Shown here piece by piece: positions 41,405 to 51,196 of a stretch of DNA of 64,000 nucleotides. Position 1 is the stretch's first letter. Each line of letters opens with the position of its first letter. The notes below the pieces were generated by a model. It was not told the origin of the DNA and did not search any database. It saw nothing but the letters and a program-made list of their open reading frames with translations. The position numbers and the translations under genes were made by a program. Origin of the DNA: a bacterium (GTDB lineage Bacteria; UBA8248); assembly GCA_965204535.1 (NCBI GenBank), contig CBDBEV010000001.1:1632001-1696000 (forward strand), read 5' to 3'.

Positions 41405-43489
41405 ATGACCATCGGAAACGCCACCCTGCGGGGCGGCCAGACCCTGCTCCACGACGCCAGGATGTGGGGCCAGCTCGCGCGCTGGGGGATTTTTGGACTC
41501 GTCCTGACTGTCGTCCTGACGCCCGCGGTCAGCGTCTTCACGACGACGACCGCGCACGAGTGGCGCGTCGTGGGCCTGGGCACCCTCGCCGAGGCCAAGC
41601 TCGCCATCGGGTATTCCCCCGATTCGGGCCAGGTGTACGAGTGGGGCGCGCGTGAGCGGACGATCGAGCGGATTGAACTCATCGCTTCGGACCCCAGGAT
41701 CGAGCGGATCAGGAGGCGCATGCTCGATACCATTTATGGGAAAGCCTGGCTGGGCCTCTGGCTCGGCCTGGGCGGCGTGGCCCTGTTCGCGTTCTTCTTC
41801 TGGATCCTGGGCCGGCGCATGGCGAGAGCGCACCGGGTCCGGGGTGCGGAGATGACCTCGGCTCAGGCGCTCGGGAGGCGTGTCCGGCCCCTCTCCTACC
41901 GCCTGGCGGAAAAATTCTTTCCGGCGGCGCGCAGACCCACGCCCCGCATCGCGGGCGTCCCCTGGCCCGCGCGCGCGGAAACCCAGCACACCATCGTCTC
42001 GGGCACCACGGGTTCGGGCAAGACCGTCCTGATCTCGGACCTGGTTGCGCAGATCAGGGAACGCGGCGAGCGCTGCATCCTCTACGACAAGATGGGGAGC
42101 TACACGCGGGCGTTCTTCGACCCCGCCCGCGACGTCCTCATGAATCCCCTCGACGCCCGGGCGCCGCGCTGGTCGCCTTTCCTGGAAGCCAGGACGCCCA
42201 GGGATTTCGACACGATGGCCGCCGCCCTGATACCCCAGCAGAAGGACACGGTGGACCCCTTCTGGGTCACGGCCGCCCGGCAGCTGTTCGCGAACGGCGC
42301 GGGCGTCCTCTGGAAGCGCGGCGTGACGGAGAACCGGATACTCGTCGAGCACCTGCTCAAGACGGAGCTGACCTCCCTGGCCGAGGCCATGGAGGGCACG
42401 GTGGCGCAGTCGATCGTGGACCCCGAGAACCCCAAGACGGCGCTCTCGGTGCGCGCCATGCTGACGGCGCACCTTGGCGCGCTCGAATGCCTGCCCGACT
42501 CGGGCGTCCCCTTCTCGATCAGGGAATGGGTGGAGCGCGAGGACGAGACGGGCTTCCTGTTCCTGACCTCGCGCGGGGACCAGCACGCGAGCCTCAGGGG
42601 CCTCATCTCGACCTGGCTCGAGATCGCGGTGAACGCGCTCCTCTCACTCGGCCGGGACGACGCGCGCAGGATATGGATTGTGCTCGACGAGCTTCCCACC
42701 CTCCATCAGGTGCCGAGCCTGCAGCCCGGACTCACCGAATCGCGGCAGTTCGGCGGGTGTTTCGTGCTCGGGATCCAGGTGATCTCCGCCCTGCGCGATT
42801 TGTACGGGCGAAACGGCGCCGAGACCGTATCGGGTCTCTGCGGCACCCGGGTGGTGCTGGCCGCGCCCGACCAGGAGACGGCGCGCTGGTCGGCCGAGAG
42901 CCTGGGACGCGGCGAGGTCACCGAGTACGCGGAGGGCCTGAGCTACGGCGCCAGCGCCATGCGCGACGGTGTCTCGCTCACCGAGCGCCGCGAGATGCGG
43001 CCCCTGGCGCTGCCGTCCGAGATCATGCGCCTCGAGAATCTGCACGGCTACCTCAAGTTCCCCGGTCCCTGGCCCGTGGCGCGCATCGAGCTCGACTACG
43101 TGAAGAGGCCCGTGGCGGCCGAGAGTTTCATGCCGAGGGAGAATGCGCCGACGCAAGAAACGGGAGGCGCCGAAGCCGGGGCATCGAAGACCGGGAAAAC
43201 ACACGAGTCCGGGAGGGCGACTGAATCCGGCGAGGCGGCGAATCGGCAGGAAGCCGAATCGCCCGGCGATACGACCGCGAACGGCGAGGCGGAAGACGGG
43301 GGTGAACGACCCTCTCCGCCGCCGGACTCAGGCCTGGCGGGGCCCGAGCAGGCCCCCGAACCATCCGGGGCGCCGCAACCCGCGGTCCGCTCCGCGGATG
43401 GGGATGACGCCGGTGCGACCGATGACGATGAGCAAAACCGGGGCGAAGAAGGCGAAGAGGCCGGGTCCCGCACACCGGACTGGTTGTGA
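41405..43489 (+). CDS. traD: Type IV coupling protein (TraD/TrwB family)
   Basis: Two N-terminal TMs, Walker A GTTGSGKT, YDKMG, NPLDAR, DPFW and Walker B LDELPTL; acidic low-complexity tail. Confidence 0.92.
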   Translation: MTIGNATLRGGQTLLHDARMWGQLARWGIFGLVLTVVLTPAVSVFTTTTAHEWRVVGLGTLAEAKLAIGYSPDSGQVYEWGARERTIERIELIASDPRIERIRRRMLDTIYGKAWLGLWLGLGGVALFAFFFWILGRRMARAHRVRGAEMTSAQALGRRVRPLSYRLAEKFFPAARRPTPRIAGVPWPARAETQHTIVSGTTGSGKTVLISDLVAQIRERGERCILYDKMGSYTRAFFDPARDVLMNPLDARAPRWSPFLEARTPRDFDTMAAALIPQQKDTVDPFWVTAARQLFANGAGVLWKRGVTENRILVEHLLKTELTSLAEAMEGTVAQSIVDPENPKTALSVRAMLTAHLGALECLPDSGVPFSIREWVEREDETGFLFLTSRGDQHASLRGLISTWLEIAVNALLSLGRDDARRIWIVLDELPTLHQVPSLQPGLTESRQFGGCFVLGIQVISALRDLYGRNGAETVSGLCGTRVVLAAPDQETARWSAESLGRGEVTEYAEGLSYGASAMRDGVSLTERREMRPLALPSEIMRLENLHGYLKFPGPWPVARIELDYVKRPVAAESFMPRENAPTQETGGAEAGASKTGKTHESGRATESGEAANRQEAESPGDTTANGEAEDGGERPSPPPDSGLAGPEQAPEPSGAPQPAVRSADGDDAGATDDDEQNRGEEGEEAGSRTPDWL

Positions 43490-46395
43490 TGGTCGTCTCG
43501 ATCGGCGCCGTCGCCGCCCCCGCCCAGGGCGCCTCCTACTACGAGCGCGACGGCTACTACGCCAAAGACGACCCCGCCCACAGGGAGGTGAGCGCATGGG
43601 CCGGCAGGGGAGCGGAGGACTTAGGCCTCACGGGCCCGGTCGACCCGGAAGTGTTCAAGGCGGTGCTCGAGGGCGAAGTGCCCGACGGTTCGGGGAGAAA
43701 GCTCGGCCGCAGGCGCAAGGACGGCGTCCTGGAGCACCGTCCCGGACGCGATCTCACCTTCTCGGCCCCCAAATCCGTCTCGCTCGCCGCGCTGGTGGGC
43801 GGCGACGCCCGTGTCGTCGAGGCCCATGACCGGGCCGTCGAGCGCACCCTCGCCTGGGTCGAGGGCCACGCCGCCGAAACCAGGATGAAGGACCCGGAGA
43901 CGGGACGCATGGTCCGGGCAGGCGATCAGAAAACGGTGGCTGCGACCTTCCGCCACGACGCCTCGCGCAACCTCGACCCCCAGCTTCACACCCACGCGGT
44001 GCTGGCCAACATGGTCCGGGGTCCGGACGGCAAATGGAGGACGATGTCCAACGAGGCGCTCTACCGCAGCCAGAAGCTGATCGGCATGCTCTACAGGAGC
44101 GAGTTGGCGCAAGGACTGGGGAAGCTGGGCTACGGGATAGAGAAGACGCACGCCGACGGGCGGTTCGAGGTCGCCGGCGTCCGCCGCGAGGTGATCGAGG
44201 CGTTCTCGACCCGGCGGGCGGAGATCGAGGCGGCGATGGCCGAGCGGGGTCTGGGAACGACGGCGGAGAACCAGCGCACAGCCGAGCGCGCGGCGCTCAT
44301 GACCCGCGCCCGCAAGCGAGACGTGGACAAGTCCGCGCTCAGGGGCATATGGGAGAAACAGGCCGTGGACCTCGGGTTCGACGCCAGGGCCCATGCGGCA
44401 GAAGCGACCTCAAGGGTCGTTGGCCTTGAAGGCAAAGGAGCCGCCCGGGAGAGCGGTCCGGCCGGAGAGGCCGTGGAATGGGCCGTGTCGCATCTCGCGG
44501 AGCGCGAGGCCGTGTTCGCCCGCGCCGACGCGCTGGCTGCCGCGCTGGCCTGGCGGCCGGGCGTGGTGTCCGTCGAGGCGGCGGAGAGGGCGCTGAGCGA
44601 TCTCGAAAGAGGGGGACGGCTTCACCCCGCGCCGGGGCTGCACGGGAGGGACGACCTGGCGACTGACAGGGCGCTGGCGGACGAGCGCGAGACGATCGGG
44701 CTGATGCGGGACGGCCAGGGCCGGGGCCGGGTGGCGATGCGCAGCTGGATCGCGCAGGCGCATCTGCACAAGGGAGCGCTGACGCAGGGCCAGAGGGAAG
44801 CGGTCAAGCTCATCCTATCGACCAAGGACCGTGTCGTCGGCGTGCAGGGCTATGCCGGGACCGGCAAGACCACCATGCTGAACCGCGCCCGTGTGTTACT
44901 GGAAAAACGCGGGTTCGAGGTCAAGGGCCTCGCGCCCTCGGCCTCGGCGGTGAAGACGCTCGGAACCGAGGCCGGGATCGAGAGCGAGACGCTGCAGCGT
45001 TTCCTCGCGCGAAACGCCGGCGTGGCCGGAGGCAAGCTCACCAGAAAGGCCGAGAAGCGGATGCGCGCGGCATGGGGCAAGACGGTGCTCGTGGTGGACG
45101 AGGGGTCCCTCGCCTCCACACTGCAGGCCCGCGACCTCCTGCGGGTCGCGCGCGCCCTGCGCATCCCGAGGGTCGTGCTGGTGGGCGATGAGAAACAACT
45201 GGACGCCGTGGACGCCGGCAAGCCCTTCGCGCAGCTCCAGCAAGCCGGCATGAAGACCGCCGTGATGGACGATATCCTCCGCCAGCGCGACCCGGACCTC
45301 AAGGCCGCGGTCGAGGCGAGCCTCGCCGGCGAGATCGGCCGCGCGTTCGAGAAGCTGGGATCCAACGTCGCGCAGGTGAAGGCCGACAACATCGCGGGCG
45401 CGGTGGCGGCGCGCTGGCTCGCGCTCTCGCCCGAGGCGCGCGAGAACACCGGCGTCATGGCGCCCAGTCATGAACTTCGCCGGAAGATCAACACCCATAT
45501 AAGGGAGCGTCTCGCGCGCGAGGGCAGTATCCACGGCCCCGCCTTCAGAGGGGAGCGGCTCGTCTCGCGCGGTTATACGAACCCCGAGAAATCGCTCGCA
45601 GCGAACTACGCCCCGGGTGACGTCGTGGCCTTCCACCGCCCCTACAAGCGCCTGGGTGTGGAGAAGGGCGACGAACTCCGCGTATCGGGCGTGGATCACG
45701 AGAACCAGGCGGTGGTGCTCGAAGGCAAGGACGGCGGGCGCGTCTTGTGGAAGCCCGGGCGGATCGCCGGGCGGACGGGTGGCGCCGAGGTCTACCGGGC
45801 CGAAGAGATAGAGCTTCGCGCCGGCGACCGTATCCGCTGGACCCGCAACGACAAGGGATCAGGCCTCGTCAACAGCCGCACAGCCGAGGTCCTATCGGTC
45901 GGGAACGGCCGTGTCTCGTTGCGCCTGGAAGACGGGCGCAGGCTCGCTATGACCCCGGGCGATCCCCAACTGCGTCACCTCGACCATGCCTGGGCCTCGA
46001 CCGTGCACGCCTTCCAGGGCCGGACCGTAGACAACGTGATCGCCGCGATGCAGGCGAACCACCCTCACCTCACTACGCAGAAGAGCTTCTACGTGGAGAT
46101 CAGCCGCGCCAGGGACCGGGCGGAACTCGTGACCGACGACGCAAAGGCGTTACGCGAGCGGCTCGAAACGGCCACGGGCGAACGGGTATCGGCGCTCGAG
46201 GGGATCGGAGAAGCCGCACGGGAGGCATCCGGAGAGGAGAAGGTGAAGTCGGGGGAGGCGGAACCGGAGGCCGGAAAGGATACGGAGAGGTCAGAGAAAG
46301 CGCCCCAACCCGTTGAACGGCGGACGCAGAAGCCCGAGAAGACGCCGGGGATGGAGAAGGTCCGGACGGCGCGCGGGATAGAGATGGAGATGTAG
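43486..46395 (+). CDS. MOBF relaxase-helicase (TrwC/TraI family)
   Basis: YY-x4-YY (SYYERDGYY), DLTFSAPKSVS, HDASR..DPQLHTH HUH motif, Walker A GYAGTGKTT and TVHAFQG. Confidence 0.95.
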   Translation: MMVVSIGAVAAPAQGASYYERDGYYAKDDPAHREVSAWAGRGAEDLGLTGPVDPEVFKAVLEGEVPDGSGRKLGRRRKDGVLEHRPGRDLTFSAPKSVSLAALVGGDARVVEAHDRAVERTLAWVEGHAAETRMKDPETGRMVRAGDQKTVAATFRHDASRNLDPQLHTHAVLANMVRGPDGKWRTMSNEALYRSQKLIGMLYRSELAQGLGKLGYGIEKTHADGRFEVAGVRREVIEAFSTRRAEIEAAMAERGLGTTAENQRTAERAALMTRARKRDVDKSALRGIWEKQAVDLGFDARAHAAEATSRVVGLEGKGAARESGPAGEAVEWAVSHLAEREAVFARADALAAALAWRPGVVSVEAAERALSDLERGGRLHPAPGLHGRDDLATDRALADERETIGLMRDGQGRGRVAMRSWIAQAHLHKGALTQGQREAVKLILSTKDRVVGVQGYAGTGKTTMLNRARVLLEKRGFEVKGLAPSASAVKTLGTEAGIESETLQRFLARNAGVAGGKLTRKAEKRMRAAWGKTVLVVDEGSLASTLQARDLLRVARALRIPRVVLVGDEKQLDAVDAGKPFAQLQQAGMKTAVMDDILRQRDPDLKAAVEASLAGEIGRAFEKLGSNVAQVKADNIAGAVAARWLALSPEARENTGVMAPSHELRRKINTHIRERLAREGSIHGPAFRGERLVSRGYTNPEKSLAANYAPGDVVAFHRPYKRLGVEKGDELRVSGVDHENQAVVLEGKDGGRVLWKPGRIAGRTGGAEVYRAEEIELRAGDRIRWTRNDKGSGLVNSRTAEVLSVGNGRVSLRLEDGRRLAMTPGDPQLRHLDHAWASTVHAFQGRTVDNVIAAMQANHPHLTTQKSFYVEISRARDRAELVTDDAKALRERLETATGERVSALEGIGEAAREASGEEKVKSGEAEPEAGKDTERSEKAPQPVERRTQKPEKTPGMEKVRTARGIEMEM

Positions 46396-46511
46396 AAAAC
46401 CGTATCCGGTCTTCTCCGGCCGGGATCATGGAAAAATATCGCATATGTCCGGGGCGGGATACCGCGATGAATCCCTTGTCGATCCGGCATCCTCCGAAAA
46501 GCGCCCCGCCT

Positions 46512-46763
46512 TCAGATCATCCCGCCGACGAAACCCTGCCTGCGGGTCCTGGCGACCGGCTCGATATGCGCCTCCCTGCGGCCGCATTCCCGGCAGCACA
46601 GGAGGGGCTTCAAATCTTCCACGCGCATTCCGCGGTGCACTTTTCTCGTCTCGGGCCGGGACAGGAGTTCGGCAGGCTCCAGGGTCTTCTCCCGGCCGCA
46701 GGCCTTGCACCTCACGATAAAATACCAGTCTCCCCCGGCGTAATCGCCCAGACTGAGCGCCAT
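46512..46763 (-). CDS. Small putative zinc-binding protein (CxxC...CxxC)
   Basis: CKACG and CRECG; TAATG overlap with the upstream polymerase stop. Confidence 0.65.
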   Translation of the reverse strand: MALSLGDYAGGDWYFIVRCKACGREKTLEPAELLSRPETRKVHRGMRVEDLKPLLCCRECGRREAHIEPVARTRRQGFVGGMI

Positions 46764-48001
46764 TACTGAAAGTCCTCCAGCCTAGGAATGCGGCCGTAGG
46801 CGATCTTGGCCCCCGCGTAGCCGCCCGGAGGAGCGCACCCGCCGTAGCCCACGAGGGTGCGCGCATAGCGGCCGTTGATCGAATCGACGGCGGCGGTAAG
46901 CCTCGCCAGTCGGCGCTTCTCGTCCGGATTCTCAAAAGGCAGTTCGAGCTGCGCTTCATCCGAGGGGATGAACCTGTCGAACGACACGGTGATCCGGAAC
47001 AGGGTGGCCTGGCCCCGCGCCCTGGCGAGCGCGCCCCACAGCGCCGAGAGGGCGTCCAGGCAGGTCAGATCGTCGTTCGCTCTCGCGACGATCGTCGAGG
47101 CCGTCCAGGCGGGCGCATTGAAAAAGTCGGTCGAGAGGATGAGCCTCCGGGCGAGGAACCCCTCCCGCCGCAGGCGCCGGGCGGCCTTCACCACCAGTTG
47201 CCTGGCCATCGGCCGGGCGAGTTGCACGCTGCGCTCCCCCGGTGGCAGGACCCGGCTGTGGCCAATCGAGCTTGGCCGCGTTACCGGCGGTTCCACGGCG
47301 TAGCCGTGCAGCGCGTACCAGAAGCGCGCGCCGTTCACGTTCCCCCACAGGGAGCTCAGCCGTCCGGGGCTGGCGTTCCAGACGTCCTCGACCGTCGCTA
47401 TCCCGCCCCGCTTCAAGCGAGCGCGCATGCGTCCCCCCACCCCGGGCAGCGCATCCAGCCCGAGGTCGAGCAGCGGACCCGGCAGATCGTCCGGAAACAG
47501 CACTGTCAAGCCGTCGGGCTTGTCCAGGTCGGCGGCGATCTTCGCGAGCCACCTGTTGGGTGCGCAGCCGATGGAGCAGGTGATGCGCTCACCTACGGCC
47601 CTCCGTATGCGGTGTTTGATCCTTCCGGCGATCTCTTCGGGGCGGTCCCGCTCCCCCAGAACGGCGGCCAACTCGTCGATCGAGCAGACGACGTCGACCG
47701 GCAGCACGGAGAGCACCGTGGCCACGACGCGGTGGTGGATCCGGACGTAGTGGTCCGGGCGCTGCGACGCGAGCGTTATCCGGGGACACAACCGGCGGGC
47801 TTCCGCGATCGTAGTCCCGGTCTTGACGCCAAACCGCTTGGCCGCGGCGTTCGCGGCGATCACGCAGCTGTTGCGCGCCCCCGCAAACGGTATGACGCCG
47901 ACGGGACAGCCGTGCAGGCCGGGGTCCGCCTGCTCCTCGCAGGACGCGAAAAAGCCGTCGAAATCGATATAGAGCCGCTTCGGTTTGGCTGGTCGTCGCA
48001 T
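46763..48001 (-). CDS. Y-family DNA polymerase (DinB/UmuC-like)
   Basis: YIDFDGFFASCE, SIDE catalytic motif, LAKIAADLDKPDG, LPGVG HhH and QLELPF clamp-binding-like motif. Confidence 0.92.
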   Translation of the reverse strand: MRRPAKPKRLYIDFDGFFASCEEQADPGLHGCPVGVIPFAGARNSCVIAANAAAKRFGVKTGTTIAEARRLCPRITLASQRPDHYVRIHHRVVATVLSVLPVDVVCSIDELAAVLGERDRPEEIAGRIKHRIRRAVGERITCSIGCAPNRWLAKIAADLDKPDGLTVLFPDDLPGPLLDLGLDALPGVGGRMRARLKRGGIATVEDVWNASPGRLSSLWGNVNGARFWYALHGYAVEPPVTRPSSIGHSRVLPPGERSVQLARPMARQLVVKAARRLRREGFLARRLILSTDFFNAPAWTASTIVARANDDLTCLDALSALWGALARARGQATLFRITVSFDRFIPSDEAQLELPFENPDEKRRLARLTAAVDSINGRYARTLVGYGGCAPPGGYAGAKIAYGRIPRLEDFQ

Positions 48002-48014
48002 GGCGGACTCAGGA

Positions 48015-48029
48015 GAACAAAAAACGAAA
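48015..48029 (-). promoter_or_regulatory. Candidate LexA (SOS) box of the alphaproteobacterial GTTC-N7-GTTC type
   Basis: GAAC-aaaaaac-GAAA (one mismatch), 13 bp upstream of the polymerase ATG. Confidence 0.5.
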
Positions 48030-48039
48030 ATACCACAGA

Positions 48040-49042
48040 ATGAGCGGCCCACGCAAGACGAAAATCGACCGGGCGAGGCGCCTGGCACAGGACCTGCTCG
48101 GACGCGTTGCCCGGGGCGAGGACCCCACCGGTGAGCGGGCAGACGTCCGAGGCGTCCCCACCCTGGTCCGGGCCTTCGAGGTCTACATGGCGGCGAACCC
48201 CGACCGCGCGAAAAATACCGTCAGGCTCTACCGGCAGAACCTGCGGGTCAACCTCTCCGACTGGCTGAAGCGCCCGCTCGACGCCATCACCCGCTAGGAC
48301 GTGGAGGACCGCTTCAATCTCATTACAGGCAAACACGGCTGGTCGGTGGCCAACCAGACGCTCTCGATGCTTCGCTCGATCTACCCAAGACCTTGTGTCG
48401 ATTTCGAGGGATTGCGCAATCCGGTCGATCTTTTGCTGGCCGGCCGGGGGGCGCTTCCACCGCAAGCGCAGGCGGCGGATATCGAGCCCGGCCGAGGTGT
48501 TGCCCCGCTGGTGTGCGGGCATCGAGGCCGCCGACCTCGAACCGGAGGTTCGTGACATCTTCCTGATCGGCATCTACACCGGCATGCGTCGGGGAGAGAT
48601 CGTATCCCTGCGCCGGGAGCAGGTGGAAACGGAACGGCGCATCCTCAGGGTCGAGGAGACCAAGACCGGGGAGCCTCTTGAGCTTCCGATCACCCGGCAA
48701 CTTGCTGTCATCTTCGAGCGGCGCCTCGCGGATGGCGACGGCCCGTGGGTGTTTCCGTCCCCCAGGAGCGAAGCCGGACACGTGGCGGATGTTGCACGGT
48801 TCTATGGCGAGATTTCGGAGAAAGGTGGAACCCGGCTCTGGTCCCACGGGCTGCGCTACGCCTTCATCACGGTGGCGGAGCGCGAACTCATGCTGCCGTG
48901 CTCGCTCACGAAGCGAATGGTGAATCACGCCCGGCCAAGCGACGTGACCGAGGGCTATGCCGCCGACTGGACGGTCGAGCAGCTACGCGAACCCGCGCAA
49001 CGTGTCGCCGACCGGATCGACCAACTGATGCGGGGAACGTGA
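48040..49042 (+). pseudogene. Tyrosine integrase pseudogene
   Basis: TGMRRGE, ETKTG, HGLR, MVNH and TEGY motifs; 5' truncation, in-frame TAG at 48295-48297 and a frameshift near 48450. Confidence 0.88.
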
Positions 49043-49142
49043 CGGTGACTTGCAAAGTGAAACGGACAGGAGTGACGCATGATTCACGACGTCCATACAA
49101 CAAATTTGTAAGTAGTTCCCTCGCTACATCTCGGGCCGCCAG

Positions 49143-49757
49143 TCATTTGACAAGGCCATTTTCTTTCGCTAACTCGGAGGTAAGCCGTTCAGAGCGGTCG
49201 AGAAAGTCCAGCATTGGGTCGAGATCGTTCAAATAGTGCCGCCACTTTCCATTGAGTTGTTCCCAAGCAAATCGCTTGCTCCACAGCCCGACATCCTCAT
49301 CAAGATAAGCGCAAATGTCCATCAGCGTATCCAGCCTTCGATTTGGAGGTCCCTCCGGAGGTTCAGGTTCTTGAGTGCTGATGAACGCCAGAAGAGTCAA
49401 AGTTTTTTCGGCCATGGCCTGCCGGTATATTGTTTCGAGCCGATTCGACATTTCAGAAGGCAGCTGTTCAAGTAACTTACTTAAGTAATGGCCTTGGGCT
49501 CCACGTTTCTCCGGCTGTATGCGATGCAATGCCAACAGGCATTTCAATCGCAATTCAAGTGCGACACCAAGGTTGAAATGGCTCACCGTTTTGAGCGACT
49601 CCCAAACGTCGTGTTTTCGCCACCCGGTAGCCCCGCCAATGGGAGAGAGATCGCCCTCTTTGGCGCCCAACTCCAGTATTCGACGTTCGATCAGCCAAGC
49701 GGTCTCCGCAAACGCTTTGGTGTCCGCCAATATTCTGATGTACTGGTCACCATTCAT
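49143..49757 (-). CDS. Hypothetical protein, HEPN-like
   Basis: FNLGVALELRLKCLL...GHYLSKLL pattern typical of HEPN helices; ATGA-coupled to the upstream gene. Confidence 0.55.
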   Translation of the reverse strand: MNGDQYIRILADTKAFAETAWLIERRILELGAKEGDLSPIGGATGWRKHDVWESLKTVSHFNLGVALELRLKCLLALHRIQPEKRGAQGHYLSKLLEQLPSEMSNRLETIYRQAMAEKTLTLLAFISTQEPEPPEGPPNRRLDTLMDICAYLDEDVGLWSKRFAWEQLNGKWRHYLNDLDPMLDFLDRSERLTSELAKENGLVK

Positions 49758-50197
49758 GCTGCAGGTTTATGAAGGTAGTATTGGGAGGTCGGAGATGGAG
49801 GAACGCTTGATAGCCAATCAATTCTTTCAATCCCTGGCTGGATGTTCTGCATAGTTGACGCAACCGAGGCGTCCGGCACCTCCTCCCGTATAGCCTGAAG
49901 AAGGCTTCTCAACTGGTTCTTGGCGAACCCGGGGGTGGCACCGTCGTCCAGCCACCGAACCGCGACTTCCTCTGCTTTGGCAAACTGCTTGGCTTTGTAG
50001 TGCAACGAGGCCGCGCTCACCGCAGAGATGCCGAGCGTCCGCGTTTTGGATACATCCAAGGATCCAAGGGCACTCATCTCCGCATCGGCGGCACGGGCAT
50101 ACAACTCCAAAGCGTCTTGCTTCCGACCTTCCCGCAGGGCTGCTTGCGCGTCAGAAGCCAGACGTTCACTGACATTGTGGTGTTCGATCCAGGACAT
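49754..50197 (-). CDS. Hypothetical alpha-helical (TPR-like) protein
   Basis: A..LY..AA.AE..AL and SAASLHYKA...AEE helical pattern; GGAGGG RBS before MSWIEHH. Confidence 0.65.
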   Translation of the reverse strand: MSWIEHHNVSERLASDAQAALREGRKQDALELYARAADAEMSALGSLDVSKTRTLGISAVSAASLHYKAKQFAKAEEVAVRWLDDGATPGFAKNQLRSLLQAIREEVPDASVASTMQNIQPGIERIDWLSSVPPSPTSQYYLHKPAA

Positions 50198-50217
50198 TGT
50201 ACCCTCCGAGAAGGAGT

Positions 50218-50754
50218 TCAAAGTTTGGCCAACAGAATCAAACGCGCCCTGAAGCCGACGACGCCCGCGATCGCGGGCAAGTTACTGTTTCCACTTTCGG
50301 CTTGCTTGAGTTTGGAGCGGAGACGCTGCTTGATCGTGCCCTCCTCTCCACGATCCACACCGGATATTTCAAGCCGCCAACAATCTTCCAGGTCAGTCGG
50401 AATTCTATCCTTGAGAGCAACATAGTAGTCTGCACCGGTCTGTGTCTCCGCCCGGCTGACGGCAACGAGGTTATTGGAAAGCTCAACCGCTGCCAGGACG
50501 CAGGCATAGGCACCAGCTTCCGTCGTGTCGATATAATTGGCCCATGCCTGCCCAATACGTGTATCGGGGGCTTCCCACTCGACCACGGTTATTGAACGCG
50601 CCTCGCTGTTGTCGAGATGGAATTCCGTCGGTGATTTGTGATGGCGGTCCATGCATACGCTGGCGGCCTCCGTGTACGAGTCTGCAATTGCCTTCGTCAA
50701 ACCAAAGTGGCGCTGTTCCATTTCGTGAATAGGCAAAATTGGTACGGTTGCCAA
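50218..50754 (-). CDS. Hypothetical protein with restriction-endonuclease-like motifs
   Basis: TE.GA helix, TGADYYV and RLEISG resemble an E...D...E-x-S variant of PD-(D/E)XK. Confidence 0.6.
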   Translation of the reverse strand: MATVPILPIHEMEQRHFGLTKAIADSYTEAASVCMDRHHKSPTEFHLDNSEARSITVVEWEAPDTRIGQAWANYIDTTEAGAYACVLAAVELSNNLVAVSRAETQTGADYYVALKDRIPTDLEDCWRLEISGVDRGEEGTIKQRLRSKLKQAESGNSNLPAIAGVVGFRARLILLAKL

Positions 50755-50861
50755 AATGTCCCCCTGTACTGCCGCGTATCACGGTTGTGAGCAACCGTAT
50801 GAGCTTATATGCATCCCTTGATTACGGTAGGCAAACACTGTTGTTGAGTCAACCCGTATAG

Positions 50862-51025
50862 ATATCTTGCGGATGGTCGACGGGAAGGTGAACATCGGCA
50901 CGACGTGCTTCCAGGCGCGCCGCCAGACTGGGGCTACCGCCGAATAGCGGTCGCCCCAGTGGGTTTCGAACTCCACGAGCCTAACCTCTGCGGCTTCGGC
51001 CGTCTCGGCCCGGTAGATCGCATTG
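50862..51025 (-). pseudogene. IS256-family (Mutator) transposase fragment
   Basis: IYRAETAEAA...EFE..WGDRY.AV...WRRAW..VVPMF.FP..IRK. Confidence 0.8.
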
Positions 51026-51196
51026 TCCCGCACCAGACCCTCGTCGCAGGCCTTTTTGCCGACGACTTCGGGACGAGCGCACTCGGATCATGAACCGAAC
51101 ACGCAGTGGGAGGAAGGAGGAGTCATTTATCCGATTCGCAAGCAGTGATAAAGTGAGGGGAATAGAATATTCGCCGGTCGGGAGGTTGAGCGCATC

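Noticed and set aside
50829-50856. Possible IS terminal sequence (gggttgactcaacaac on the minus strand)
   Set aside because: No partner end or matching transposase, so it cannot be supported
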